NCBI RefSeq assembly: GCF_006345805.1
Contig: NW_021831831.1
Location: forward strand, 1-63,390
Reading direction: 5' to 3'
DNA length: 63,390 bases
Origin: Octopus sinensis
Lineage: Eukaryota
Shown piece after piece: positions 1 through 11,229 of the stretch. The position numbers and the translations under genes are program-made. Each line of letters opens with the position of its first letter. The first letter of the stretch is position 1. Under the pieces are notes generated by a model. It saw nothing but the letters and a program-made list of their open reading frames with translations, did not search any database and was not told the DNA's origin.

Positions 1-489
1 TATACATACGCATATATATGTACGTATATGCGTGTGGGTGTCCTATGTGTGTGTATGGTCTGTGTATGTGTGTAATAATTTGTTTCTACTTCATCATGTC
101 CCTGTAAAATATTAGGCTTAATTTATTTTTTCCTGTGGTAATCGGAAAGATAAGTTAAACGGTATTACTAGACATTGTCTGCTCTTCCGTTAAAGCAATA
201 CTCCATTAATTCACTGGGAGATTGGTTACAACGAAACTATCTAAGGAAGGTCGCCATTATATACTTCACCGTATGTTTTGGCCTTTACTGCATTGCACGT
301 GACCTTCTTTCCCTCTTTCATTCTTTCGTTGCAATATTTTCTGGCCTTGATGAATGACCCCTGTCTGAAACGTTAATTTTCCACTCTTTCTTTTTTACCC
401 TACGCTCTCCTCAAGTCACTTTATTGATTTTTAGGCATAAACCCTCAAATATTTTCAGTGAAGAACAGGCTTCACTGGTCCTTATTTTA

Positions 490-620
490 TCGATTTTGGA
501 AAGAGAAAGGTGAAAATAGATCGCCACCTGGTGGCAACATGTTTCTTGGAATGTCAACGTGTCATCATCAGGGAAGAAAGTCACATTGGAAAGTGATTTC
601 TTTGGTTGGTCCAGGGCTAT
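490..620 (+). repeat. Unclassified interspersed repeat, copy 1 (homologous to 2945-3093)
   Basis: Shared blocks tcgattttggaaagagaaag..tgaaaatagatcgcc, gtcatcatc.g.gaagaaagtcacattggaaa and gtgatttctttggttggt with 2945-3093; the copies have reciprocal insertions (526-560 here, 3018-3065 there). Confidence 0.75.
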
Positions 621-1133
621 AGTAGAAAATACATATCTAGGGTACCGCGCAGGGAGGCTAAATCCAAGCCCACACGATTGGGAGGCAAACTCCTTAACCA
701 TACAGCCACGCCAGTACCTATGAGAATGTTCTTAAAATATCGATTTTGAAATTTCAAACGTTTTAAGAACCATTTCACCTGGCCATTATAGTCTTGCAAA
801 TTCCTGCGTCCATCAGGGACTGCTGTCGGTATATTTATTACAAGGACTGTAAGCATGTATATGTGTGTGAGTATAGATGTGTCTGTGTGTGAGTGTGTGT
901 GTATATATATAGATGTGTCTGTGTATATAGATCTGTGTGTAAGTGCATGTGTGTGTATATATACACACATCCATATATACACACACACATATATATATAG
1001 ATGTATATATATTTACATACATATATGTATATGCATATATACATGTATATATGTATGTATATATATGTATGTGTATATATATATATATATATATATAAAT
1101 ACATATATGTGTGTGTATATATATATATATATA

Positions 1134-1340
1134 CTCTTTTACTTGTTTCACTCATTTGACTCTGGCCATGCTGGAGCACCGCCTTTAGTCGAGCAAATCG
1201 ACCCTAGGACTTATTCTTTGTAAGCCTAGTACTTATTCTATCTGCTAAGTTACGGGGACGTAAACACACCAGCATCGGTTGGCAAGCGATGTTGGGGGGG
1301 GGGCGGACAAACACAGACACACAAACATATAAACACGCAT

Positions 1341-1380
<40 letters not shown>

Positions 1381-1543
1381 TTATACGACGGGCTTCTTTC
1401 AGTTTCCGTCTACGAAATCCACTCACAAGGCTTTGGTCGGCCTGGGGCTATAGTAGAAGACACTTGCCCAAGGTGCCACACAGTGGACTGAACCCGGAAC
1501 CATGTTGTTGGTAAGCAAGCTACTTACCACACAACCACTCCTG
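1134..1543 (-). mobile_element. tRNA-derived SINE, family B (head + core + internal TA/TG microsatellite + Meta-like block + gtaaaagag tail)
   Basis: Reverse complement of the element at 3668-4054 and 34479-34878; B-box-like ggttccgggttcagtcc; core ggcaccttgggcaagtgtcttc; tail ttgaaacaagtaaaagag. Confidence 0.9.
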
Positions 1544-1747
1544 TATATATATATATGAATATATACATTTGTGCATATATATTTGTGCAGCATAGATATT
1601 TGTAAAAAAAAAACGAATGCATAATAACGAAAGGTTAAGACAATAAAAGGCAAATTCCGCATCGTGAAGACACTGATAACAATTATTTTGGTCGATTTTT
1701 AATGAAGGGTAAAACGTTAGGTGGAAGTAAAGAATAATAATTACAAA

Positions 1748-1811
<64 letters not shown>

Positions 1812-1942
1812 CAATAATAATAACAGTAGAAAGATGTTAGTGTACAGCTGTATTATGAAAAGTGAAAAAAATTGTGAAGGTTTGGTGAAGTGAACAGCGT
1901 CTGGGTGTGTCCACATAATAACATGTTTGGCAAGTTGATTAG

Positions 1943-2013
<71 letters not shown>

Positions 2014-2169
2014 TGTGTGTGTGTGTAAGTGTGTGTGTGCGTGTGTGTGTGTGTATGTGTGTGTGTGTGCGTGTGTGTATGTGTGTGTGATATATGGCTG
2101 ACTGGCAGTTGTTGGAATGGAGGGAGAAATAACTGCAAGTATGCATCTTTTTTATAGATATATATATAT

Positions 2170-2201
<32 letters not shown>

Positions 2202-2399
2202 CAACATATGTGTGCGCGTGTGTGTGTGTGTGTATCTTGTGTGTCTGTGTATGTATGTGTGTGCGTGTGTTATGTGTGTATTGTGTATGTGTTTGTGTGT
2301 GTATGCGTGTATGTGTGTGCGTGTGTTGTGCGTGTGTTGTGCGTGTATGTATGTGTGCGTGTGTGCGTGTACGCGCGTGCGCGCGTGCGTATGTGTGTG

Positions 2400-2640
2400 A
2401 AAGCGCGTGGCTAAGTGGTTGAAGCGTTGGATTCCTAATTGTAAGACTGCGGTTTCGGTTCCTGGACCAGGCGATTCTTTGTGTTCTTCAGCAGAAACAT
2501 TTCATTCCACATTGCTGCAGTCCACGAAACTGTTAAAAATGAGTAATCTTCCGATGGGCCCCAGCGTCCCGTCCGGGAGGGAAATGCGTCCTCAGAAACC
2601 GGGAAACCCACCCTATGAATCTATATGACTCGGGAAGGAC
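2400..2640 (+). mobile_element. tRNA-derived SINE, family E (diverged)
   Basis: A-box-like tggctaagtggtt and B-box-like ggtttcggttcc; core gtgttcttcagcagaaacatttcattccacattgctgcagtccac resembles the cores at 9300-9350, 33090-33130 and 55565-55615. Confidence 0.6.
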
Positions 2641-2944
2641 CTTCATCTCGTTTAAATATATAACAGACCCTATTCTCTAGTCTTAGATTTGATAAACAAG
2701 ACTAATAAATTAAAACTGAACCAAAATCCGTGACAAGCTATGACCCAAACTGATTTTTCCTGAGGTCTTAGAAACTTCTAAGCTGAAGTGACAACAGCAC
2801 GGACTTCATCTTTCTCACCTTCTTAGAGGATTTAAGTAAAAATTATACAAATGTGTCCAACTTATTTATGCAGCTGAGGATAGCCCTACATTTAAATGAT
2901 GTAATGGTTACAGTGTTCAATTACATTGGAGCCGCTTGAAACGG

Positions 2945-3093
2945 TCGATTTTGGAAAGAGAAAGGGTGAAAATAGATCGCCCCTTGTCATCATCGGTGAA
3001 GAAAGTCACATTGGAAAATCTACTCCTGAATAGATCTATCACACAGGAGGTGGGGGTCATTGTTGTGATTTCTTTGGTTGGTTCGGGACTATA
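2945..3093 (+). repeat. Unclassified interspersed repeat, copy 2 (homologous to 490-620)
   Basis: Same three blocks as 490-620, same orientation. Confidence 0.75.
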
Positions 3094-3159
3094 TCCTGTT
3101 GCTTATTTTGATTATACACACACACATACGCATACACACATATATACATACATACATAC

Positions 3160-3206
<47 letters not shown>

Positions 3207-3260
3207 ATTGAAATGTTTGGATGAATGCTTTCTTCCAATATATATATATATATAATATAT

Positions 3261-3291
<31 letters not shown>

Positions 3292-3667
3292 ACCTTTATG
3301 GATTTGCGTTGCGAGATTCCTGATATGAAACCATGTGTTGAAACATGTTGTATTTCGGAAATAGTCTCTTTTTTTTTTTTTGTTTTGTGCTAAATAAACA
3401 CACGCATTATATATTCGTTCCTCACTCATTTATTACACATACAAAAAAATAGAAATTACAGGCGCAAACGCATGCGCATATAAGGATACACATCATAGAA
3501 TAACAGAATAGACTAAGCGGAGCAGGAGCGCACACGGGGATGGAAAATGTCGCCCAAGAAGGCACAGATGTGACAAAAGATTTCCTGACATTAGTTAAAA
3601 TAAGAACAGTGATAAACGAGTGAAGAACGAATATATAGAGTGTGTGTTTATTTAGCCAAAAAAAAAA

Positions 3668-4054
3668 TGGCCGGCTCTGTGGTAAGTAGCTTGCTTACCA
3701 ACCACATGGTTCCGGGTTCAGTCCGACTGCGTGGCACCTTGGGCAAGTGTCTTCTATTATAGCCTTGGGCCGACCAAAGCCTTGTGAGTGGATTTGGTAT
3801 CGGAAACTGAAAAGAAGCCTATCGTATATATTGTGTATGAGTGTGTGTGTGTGTGCGTGTGTGTCTGTGTCGTGTGTGTGTGCGTGCGTGTGTGTGTGTG
3901 TGTGTGTGTGTGTTTGTCTGTGTTTGTCCCTCCAACATAGCTTGACGACCGATGCTGGTGCGTTTACATCCCCATAACTTAGCGGTACGACAAAAGAGAC
4001 CGATAGAATAAGTACTAGGCTTACAAAGAATAAGTTCTGGGGTTGATTTGCTCG
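3668..4054 (+). mobile_element. tRNA-derived SINE, family B
   Basis: ctgtggtaagtagcttgcttaccaaccacatggttccgggttcag head; internal (TG)n; gaccgatagaataagtactagg block; 3' end replaced by the tail-A fragment. Confidence 0.9.
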
Positions 4055-4062
4055 TCACACAT

Positions 4063-4190
4063 TGTGTCACGCTGAATCTACCAGAGAACTACGCTAAGGG
4101 TACACGTGCACATTAATTTCATGAGCAGGCTGTTCCGTTGATCGGATGAACTGGAACCCACCTCGTCGTAACCGACGGAGTGCCACGACG
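4063..4190 (+). mobile_element. SINE tail module A (5'-truncated)
   Basis: tgtgtcacgctgaatc...gcaggctgttccgttgatcggat..actggaaccc matches 16275-16399 and, reversed, 9238-9260. Confidence 0.8.
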
Positions 4191-4205
4191 ATATATATCG
4201 TAAAT

Positions 4206-4385
4206 ATGAGGGTAATAAATTAAAATATTTTATTACCAGCGGTTAACGTGCATGTTCGTTCTGGTGTTATAACAGCGTGCCACATGAATCCTCTTTTATT
4301 TTCATGGTTTGGGTTCTAACTGCCCTTTCTAGCATGTAAGGAGTCCTGTCAAGGGTCCTCCTCTCTGTGTATAATATTTTATACC

Positions 4386-4392
<7 letters not shown>
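4206..4392 (+). mobile_element. Short PLE-family fragment with inverted 5' terminus
   Basis: 4306-4347 matches 8958-8999 (34/42 by eye); 4206-4242 is the reverse complement of the terminal motif at 9006-9066; followed by (TA)n. Confidence 0.6.
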
Positions 4393-4450
<58 letters not shown>

Positions 4451-4502
4451 TATATATTATATATATCTATATATATATATATTATAATATACTATATATA
4501 TA

Positions 4503-5123
4503 TATTGCTTTAGTGTTGTGCTGAATTTTATTTTATTTGAGAAATCTCTTTGTGGAAATGGCGATTTGAACTCTATATCTAGCATGTTGACTGTCCACTT
4601 TTTCGTGTCAGTCCTTAATTGGGTATTATAATTTTTTAATCTTCGGATTCTTTTTAATGTGGCTAGACCACTGGTTTTAATGACTAATATCAATTTTTAA
4701 CCCTAATTTTTAAATATGAAATATATGTTCTCAAACCGATAAATTGACTGCTGTCTATTATTAGCTGCAGGCTGGTTTTTCGAGTCTCAGCGCGCCAAAA
4801 GTAAAGGCATTTGAATGATACATCCGAACTTAATAGGTTGTACTTTTTGCATACGGGACTCCGGTACCGTTTTTCATCTAGTACAGCATATTATGCTCAT
4901 CAAACTGCGCTGACGAAGCTACAGATATCCTTGTGATATTAATAGCTGAAACCGTTCGGTACGCAGGTGATTATTCCATTTCGTATATATTTTTTGTCTT
5001 ATCTATTGCTTTAGGTCGTGCTGAATTTTATTTTATTTGAGAACAAAATCTTTGTGGAGAATGGCGATTTGACGTCTATATCTAGCATGTTGACTGTCCA
5101 CTTTTTCGTGTTCAGTCCTAATT

Positions 5124-5127
<4 letters not shown>
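4503..5127 (+). mobile_element. Retrozyme-like element: ~123 bp direct repeats (4503-4625, 5004-5127), ~501 bp unit, internal hammerhead, inserted in (TA)n
   Basis: Direct repeat tattgctttag...gactgtccactttttcgtg..cagtcct..ttgg; (TA)n on both flanks (4390-4502, 5126-5170); hammerhead at 4905-4966. Confidence 0.75.
4905..4966 (+). ncRNA. Type I hammerhead ribozyme (structurally intact)
   Basis: Stem I CTGCG(4905-09)/CGCAG(4962-66); core CTGACGA (4910-16); stem II AGCTA/TAGCT with inner atatc/gatat hairpin; GAAA (4948-51); stem III ACCG-TT-CGGT; cleavage triplet GUA (after 4961). Confidence 0.85.
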
Positions 5128-5170
<43 letters not shown>

Positions 5171-5172
<2 letters not shown>

Positions 5173-5344
5173 GAGGCGGTAGAAGGAAGATAGGAGAATT
5201 TTTATTAATCACTACATCTGTTTCGACCCATTTAACATCTATCCTTCATGGGTGGGATAATTAACAACAGGGATCGATGCTAAATGGGTCGAAACAATTG
5301 TAGTGATTAGTAAAAAGTCACGTATCTTCATTCTTCCGCTTCTC
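5171..5344. repeat. Foldback element: 69 bp inverted arms (5171-5239 / 5276-5344) with ~36 bp spacer
   Basis: Ungapped arm alignment, 58/69 identical by eye; core aatcactaca..tgtttcgacccattta / taaatgggtcgaaaca..tgtagtgatt. Confidence 0.85.
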
Positions 5345-5399
5345 ATTAACCAAACATATAACGAAACACTATGAAAGTGATCGTGCTTTACCAGTAAAT

Positions 5400-5438
<39 letters not shown>

Positions 5439-6594
5439 ATGTTTCATCTGTTCCTCAAATGGAAGTTAAAAAACTATGAATGAAAAGGATGTTGGTTGAG
5501 TCACACGAACCGTCTACTCTTGATTTGATATTTCCGATTCCTTACCAACTAGCGCCACGTACTCGCAAAAAATAAGGATGAAACAGTTATTGCAAAAATA
5601 AGCGAAAACAAAAACAAACAAACAATCAAGTAACCAGCATCTGAGAACACTTAATTGAGATCGTTGTTATAACGTTATAAAAATAACTTCAATTCTTTCA
5701 TCTGAACTAAATCTAAATTTTGCCCAAAGATATTGTTACCCTGTAAAACGAAAGTTACATTGTTTAAACAATTCAAATTATAGAAGACCTCTGGATAAAA
5801 TTTGGTTGTGAAAAGGTTCACGACCAAAACTGCAATTTCAGCGGGTGGGGTTTGTTTCATACAACTCAAAGAATTTATTTACTAGAAATATCGTTTAATT
5901 AGTCTTTCTTCTCTCATTCTCTTTCTTTTTATATATTAAAATAGAGAATAAAAATACCTCACAGTGGGATTGTTTGATAGAAAATACATTATTTACCTTA
6001 AACTATAAACTCCGCTTGTTTTTCTTAACAGTAAGCAAACAGAAAGAGCGCCAAAAATATTGTTTTTTGATGTGGTTGTCTTCATTTTTATTTATTTAAA
6101 GCTCCGAAAACTAACATTCCGAAGGAATACCCACACCCATAAAAGGTGAAGCAGCCATATGTTGATTAGAAACGCACAACAACAACAACAACAGCAACAG
6201 CAACAACAAAGTGTTGTGAAGTATTGTAAAACGGAAATACGAAATCCTTAAACGTTTGATGGACGGCTACGAAGGAGGAAAGCTTTGACTTCAAGCACGA
6301 TCTTGAAAGAGAAAATAACGACATTAATAACACAAATAATAATAATAACTATTATAATAACAATAATAATTGAATGATAATACAAGTGACATCATTTATT
6401 ACATGACATTTGTTTATTCTAGATTGGAAACAAAAATAAGAACAAAATAGTTAAGTATGTATTAATTAGTTTCATGGAGGTAGATATGGAAGCTGTTTGC
6501 TTTGTTTCAATTAAGAGTTTGTTTTTTTAATGGAGTTACTTCCCTTGAAATAATCCAAAATATGCCGCCTCTAAATAGATATAAAGACTATGTA

Positions 6595-6625
<31 letters not shown>

Positions 6626-7124
6626 ATGTATGTATGTATGTATGAATGTATGTATGTATGTGTGTATGTATATTCAGTGTGTGTGTGTGTGTGTGTGTGT
6701 GTGTACACGCCTCCCACACAGATATTAGCAGTATTCCTATAGTGGGTAGAATGCCTCCTGGCATTTGCTCCAGTTCCAAGTTATCTAAGTTCAAATCCTC
6801 TCATAGTACATATTTTCGGACTTCTTAAAACTTATAATAATCCTTGGCGATGAGTTGCTGGAAATTCTAGAGAACCGGAATAAAATTCGAAAGGTACTTA
6901 TTACGGTTCTTTGGCTTCTGGCAGCAACGACAGTCAAAGACGCTGGTGCCAAACTGGTATCCATAACTTTTCTCTTGCTCCATATCCATGACATAGGAAA
7001 TGGAGACTTCCAGCCATGCCCGACCGCAAACCTAACTAAAGAATTTGTTGCTCAAGCAGATGAACACTGAATCTTAAACGATGGAATCCACATACACACT
7101 CACGCACGCACGCACAGCTAGCAA

Positions 7125-7240
<116 letters not shown>

Positions 7241-8119
7241 CCTTGCTGGCGCCGTCGTAACATAAGGTGAGTCTTAGGCATTTTCATACCTGGCAGACAC
7301 CATCTCTCTTCAGAACTGACAACAGTCGATTTCTTCATGAGGAGAGAAAGACAGACAAAGAGAGAATGAAAGAGAAGAATCGACCCAGTAGACGACTGGT
7401 ACTGTATTTATTTACCCCATAACTATGAAAGACAAAGTTGTTTTCAATGTTAAAAGGGATTTCACTAAATCACAGCTTCATTTTTAATATCTGCGATGAT
7501 AAGTGGATCAAAGAAAATGCCTGTCTATCTCAGTTAATTAAACACCCGTATATACATACATATATACATACATACACATATATTATATATACATACATAT
7601 ATGCATATATATATATATATATATATAATATATATATATAATATATATATATATATACATATATATATACATATATATATATATGTATATATATATACAA
7701 CTAATATATATATATATATATAGATTATATATATATATTATATATATATATAATATATACAACTTACAAAAGTACTTTACTTCCTTACCTTTTTTGTTTT
7801 GTCCTTTATTTATATTGTAATTTACACTATAATCTCTATTTATTCATTCATTTATTACTGTAATTCTAATCTATCCTGCCTCCAACCAATCTGCAAACCC
7901 CTCGCCCAAATACATATAAATACATATCACAACATTATCATTCATTGTGCTGCCATGAATTTACAAACAAATATACATAACATCTAACATTTTACCCTCT
8001 GAAATATGAATTTAATATTTAATTAACTTCACTGTGTGTAAATGAAACAGTTGTAAGGGATAGTGATCGATTTGTTGCTGATAATAAACACTTATTAACC
8101 TCAAAATCTCATACTTGAA

Positions 8120-8470
8120 AATACTTGTGAATTCTTAAATAAATGTAAAACTAAAAACGTAATCTATCAATGTGATTTACTCTCAAATAACTACAAGAAA
8201 ACTTATATTGGAGCAACTAAAAATGAAATGAAACTTAGAAATAGTTCCCATCTCTCAAGTTTCAGAAGTAGAAGTAAAGCGAACTCTATCGGACTAAGTA
8301 GTTACATCTGGGAACTGAAATACAAAAACATTAATTATAGATTAGAATGGTGTATCCTAGCCAAAACATCTTCATACAATCTTAATAATAATCACTGTAA
8401 TTAATGCAGAAATGAGAAATTCTTCATTTTAAAAGCCAAATCAGAATTACTTAATAAATGAGATGAGAAA
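8120..8470 (+). pseudogene. Penelope-like element GIY-YIG endonuclease remnant
   Basis: Frame from 8120: NTCEFLNKCKTKNVIYQCDLLSNNYKKTYIGATKNEMKLRNSSHLSSFRSRSKANSIGLSSYIWELKYKNINYRLEWCILAKTSSYNLNNNHCN*CRNEKFFILKAKSELLNK*DE. It has the VIY..YIG motif, LS.YIWELK and C.(L)C..EK..I typical of PLE endonucleases; stops at 8402 (TAA) and 8459 (TGA). Confidence 0.85.
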
Positions 8471-8611
8471 AATATAACATATTTGCATAAAGATATATTC
8501 TTATTCTCTAAATACCGCTAATACCGCTTATTCTCTGGCTACCTCTTAAGTGTTTAAATATACACTGTATTTATATGAATAATATATAGTCTATTGACTA
8601 AATTTTTACAC

Positions 8612-9061
8612 GCTAAGCCACTAGTAATGGAAACTTCTTATATTTCCGATTACCCTTTGATAATATTAATTATTGATAATTTTGGGGGATAATTTTCGAA
8701 AGGAAAAAGCCAGAATTTTTATTTGCTGCTGACAGAAGGCTGCGTTTGCATGGTAGTTTTGAAAAATTAGAATGTATAAGCACAAATCATATACTGGATT
8801 GCCTCGTGTATACATATTTAATCTAAGGTGTACATGCTGAAGAAGGCTTCGCCCAGCAAATTATTTTATTTGCTAAAGAATCCTGAAACCATTGGTCCAG
8901 GAGTTAGATGGTAAATGTTTTCATTTTTCATTCACTTCGATTTCTATCTTTAATAGTGGTTCGGAATTTAACTGTCCTTTCTAGCGTGTAGGTAGTCCTA
9001 TGATGGCTAGGCCGCTGGTAATGGAAACTTCAAATATTTTCGATTACCCTTTGATAATATC

Positions 9062-9066
<5 letters not shown>
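8612..9066 (+). mobile_element. PLE pLTR-like segment: 61 bp direct repeats (8612-8672, 9006-9066) enclosing a hammerhead; ends in (TA)n
   Basis: Repeat gcta.gcc.ct.gtaatggaaacttc..atatt..cgattaccctttgataatat.aatta, 54/61 identical; 394 bp period. Confidence 0.75.
8833..8901 (+). ncRNA. Type I hammerhead ribozyme (near-intact)
   Basis: CTGAAGA (8837-43); stem II AGGCTTC/GAATCCT (6/7 pairs) with inner AGCAAAT/ATTTGCT hairpin; GAAA (8885-88); stem III ACC-ATT-GGT; GUC triplet (8895-97); stem I CATG/CAGG with one mismatch. Confidence 0.75.
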
Positions 9067-9152
<86 letters not shown>

Positions 9153-9204
9153 TTTAAATTTGTTTACGGGAAAAGTCTTGAATATGCAAATAAAGTTCCT
9201 ATTC

Positions 9205-9432
9205 CATTATGCCGCCACCTCAATGTAGTTCGCAGGTAGATTCAGCGTGACACAGACTGTGATAAACCTGGCCCTTTGAATTATAGATACTACTCATTTT
9301 TGCCTGTTGAGTGGACTGGATCCAAGTGAAATAAAGGGTCTATCTAAAGGACACAAAAATTCGCCGGGAATCGAGCTCTTCACCTTACGATTATGAGCCC
9401 AGTACACTAATCACCCAACCATGCACTATCAC
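9205..9432 (-). mobile_element. tRNA-derived SINE, family E head/core with tail A
   Basis: Reverse head gggaatcgagctc...; core gagtggactgga...gtgaaataaag; gattcagcgtgacacag is the reverse complement of tail A. Confidence 0.65.
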
Positions 9433-10439
9433 TCTACATGCATATAATTCATAATTAAAATTGATTAGAAAAGTTCGCATTTTACAGCAAACCAGTTAAC
9501 AACAGAAAAAATTACTTTAAATGTTTTAATATGTTAAAATATATTGAAACCCTTTCGTGAGTTCATTACCATACTCATGTGTCGTCTGATTATAATACCG
9601 CATACATAGGAGCAGGCCGGAAAATCGTCTGGCATACATACATGAACTGTTGAAGGTCCAAATATATATTCAGAAGGAAGTGAGGAAAAGGACAAATGTA
9701 TACGCAACATTTTTAAAGATTTAGAAGCCAGAAACCTAGAAACAGTAACCGGAAATAGCATTCAGGTTGCCACGCTCACATAATATCGGATAAAAGGATG
9801 GTAATATTACTGTAATTCCATTAAAATAAGTATGAAACGAGAAATATATTACATATGGTTTTCATTGGGTTAACGAATTTTTTCTGTTATTTTTAGTTTG
9901 TAAATTGTTTTTCAAGTTATTCTGCCACATTGAGTTTTTTGTTTGGTTGTTAGAGTTTATCATAGTTAATGAAAATGGTTAGTTCTGACGGCGGGCAAAG
10001 ATATTCTCCCTTTGATACCAATGTATTTGTCTCCTCTGGAAGTATTTCCGACAGAATAGAAGATATTTTAAAACTCATTTTCTATTTTTTCTTAGTTATA
10101 GTTTCTTTGTTTTTCAGTGACTTCAGTTATCATTGTGGTATTCTTATAAACGCAAAGAAAAAAAGCGGTGACAAGCTCTTTTAAAATGGTAGCATTCAAT
10201 CATTCTATTAAAGATTAAAGAAAGAATTGACAGCAAGTTTGTTTTCAAGAAACACAAAACATCTTTTAAGAAATTCCATTTGTAAATATTTATAAAACCT
10301 ATTTTAGCAAAAACTTTGTGACTTGATGATAAATTCTCTAAGTTCTACACAACTTTTAATCGAGTCCTATCGTCTGCGATTCTGAATTTTGTCAACTTCC
10401 ACGTTGTTTTAATCAAATTTAAAACAAATAAAAAAACTA

Positions 10440-10720
10440 TATAATCACGACTCCTGCGCTAGTGCCTTACCAAAAGATGTTACCTACAGGACTGTGGAAA
10501 CTTAGTCTTTGTCGATTATGAACTTAGATGAACTTGGATGGGAGGCATAGACCTTCCTATAGGATTTGATGGAATCGGGGTTCATTCGATGCTTGGGAAT
10601 CTTAGACAAAGGATAGAATAAAACGTTGCCAGAAAAATGTCAAAAGCTACTGAGAAAGAAAGCCATTACATTAAGCTTAACAGACAGGACGAGCAGAGCA
10701 CTGAGGGCGATAGAAACAGC
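10440..10720 (+). mobile_element. Possible decayed C-terminus of an RLE-type LINE (HERO/NeSL-like)
   Basis: Frameshifted peptides ELGWEA... and MLGNLRQRIE*NVARKMSKATEKESHYIKLNR resemble the terminal helix of RLE LINE proteins; weak. Confidence 0.3.
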
Positions 10721-11060
10721 TGACCCAGAGGGAGCCGAAACATTTACAGAGTTACTTCCCCGTCCGGCAAAACATTGGTTTAGCATTTAGAAACGAAGTA
10801 TAGTAGTAACTCAGCACACAAGTGTTGCCCTGATTAAGAACGAGAGTCACTGATAAATATACACTGGCGAAAATAAATTTAAGACCGATGATAAAAGTTC
10901 TATTTCTTACAAAATATTTTGTTACTAACACCATACAAATTATTATCTTTTACACCTTATGCAGAATTTATTTCTCTTTCGAATGATGCAGACAATAGCT
11001 ATTTTTATACAACTTGAAGAATTCTAATGCTAAATTAATATAAAAGGTTTCAAATTTACC

Positions 11061-11229
11061 GGCGGTATTTCGTCTGCCGTTACGTTCTGAGTTCAAATTC
11101 TGCCGAGGTCAATTTTGCCTTTCATCCTTTCAGGGTAGATGAAATAAATACCAGTTATGCACTGGGGTCGATACAATAGACTAGCCCCTTTCTCCAAAAT
11201 TTTCAAGGCCTTGTTCCTAGAGTAGGAAT
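11061..11229 (+). mobile_element. Meta-domain-like tRNA SINE, family A (5'-truncated, tail 1)
   Basis: B-box gagttcaaattc; central gcctttcatcctttc.ggg..gat.aaata..taccag; tail ggccttgt.cctagagtag. Confidence 0.85.

Noticed and set aside
6700-7070. Unique-looking segment with short ORFs on both strands
   Set aside because: No recognisable domain or exon boundaries.
8459-8461. In-frame TGA in the PLE endonuclease as possible selenocysteine (reported for some PLE clades)
   Set aside because: It falls at a position where Arg is expected (LNKR.E, CGA/AGA decay), and a TAA also interrupts the C-x-C motif, so it is a pseudogene.
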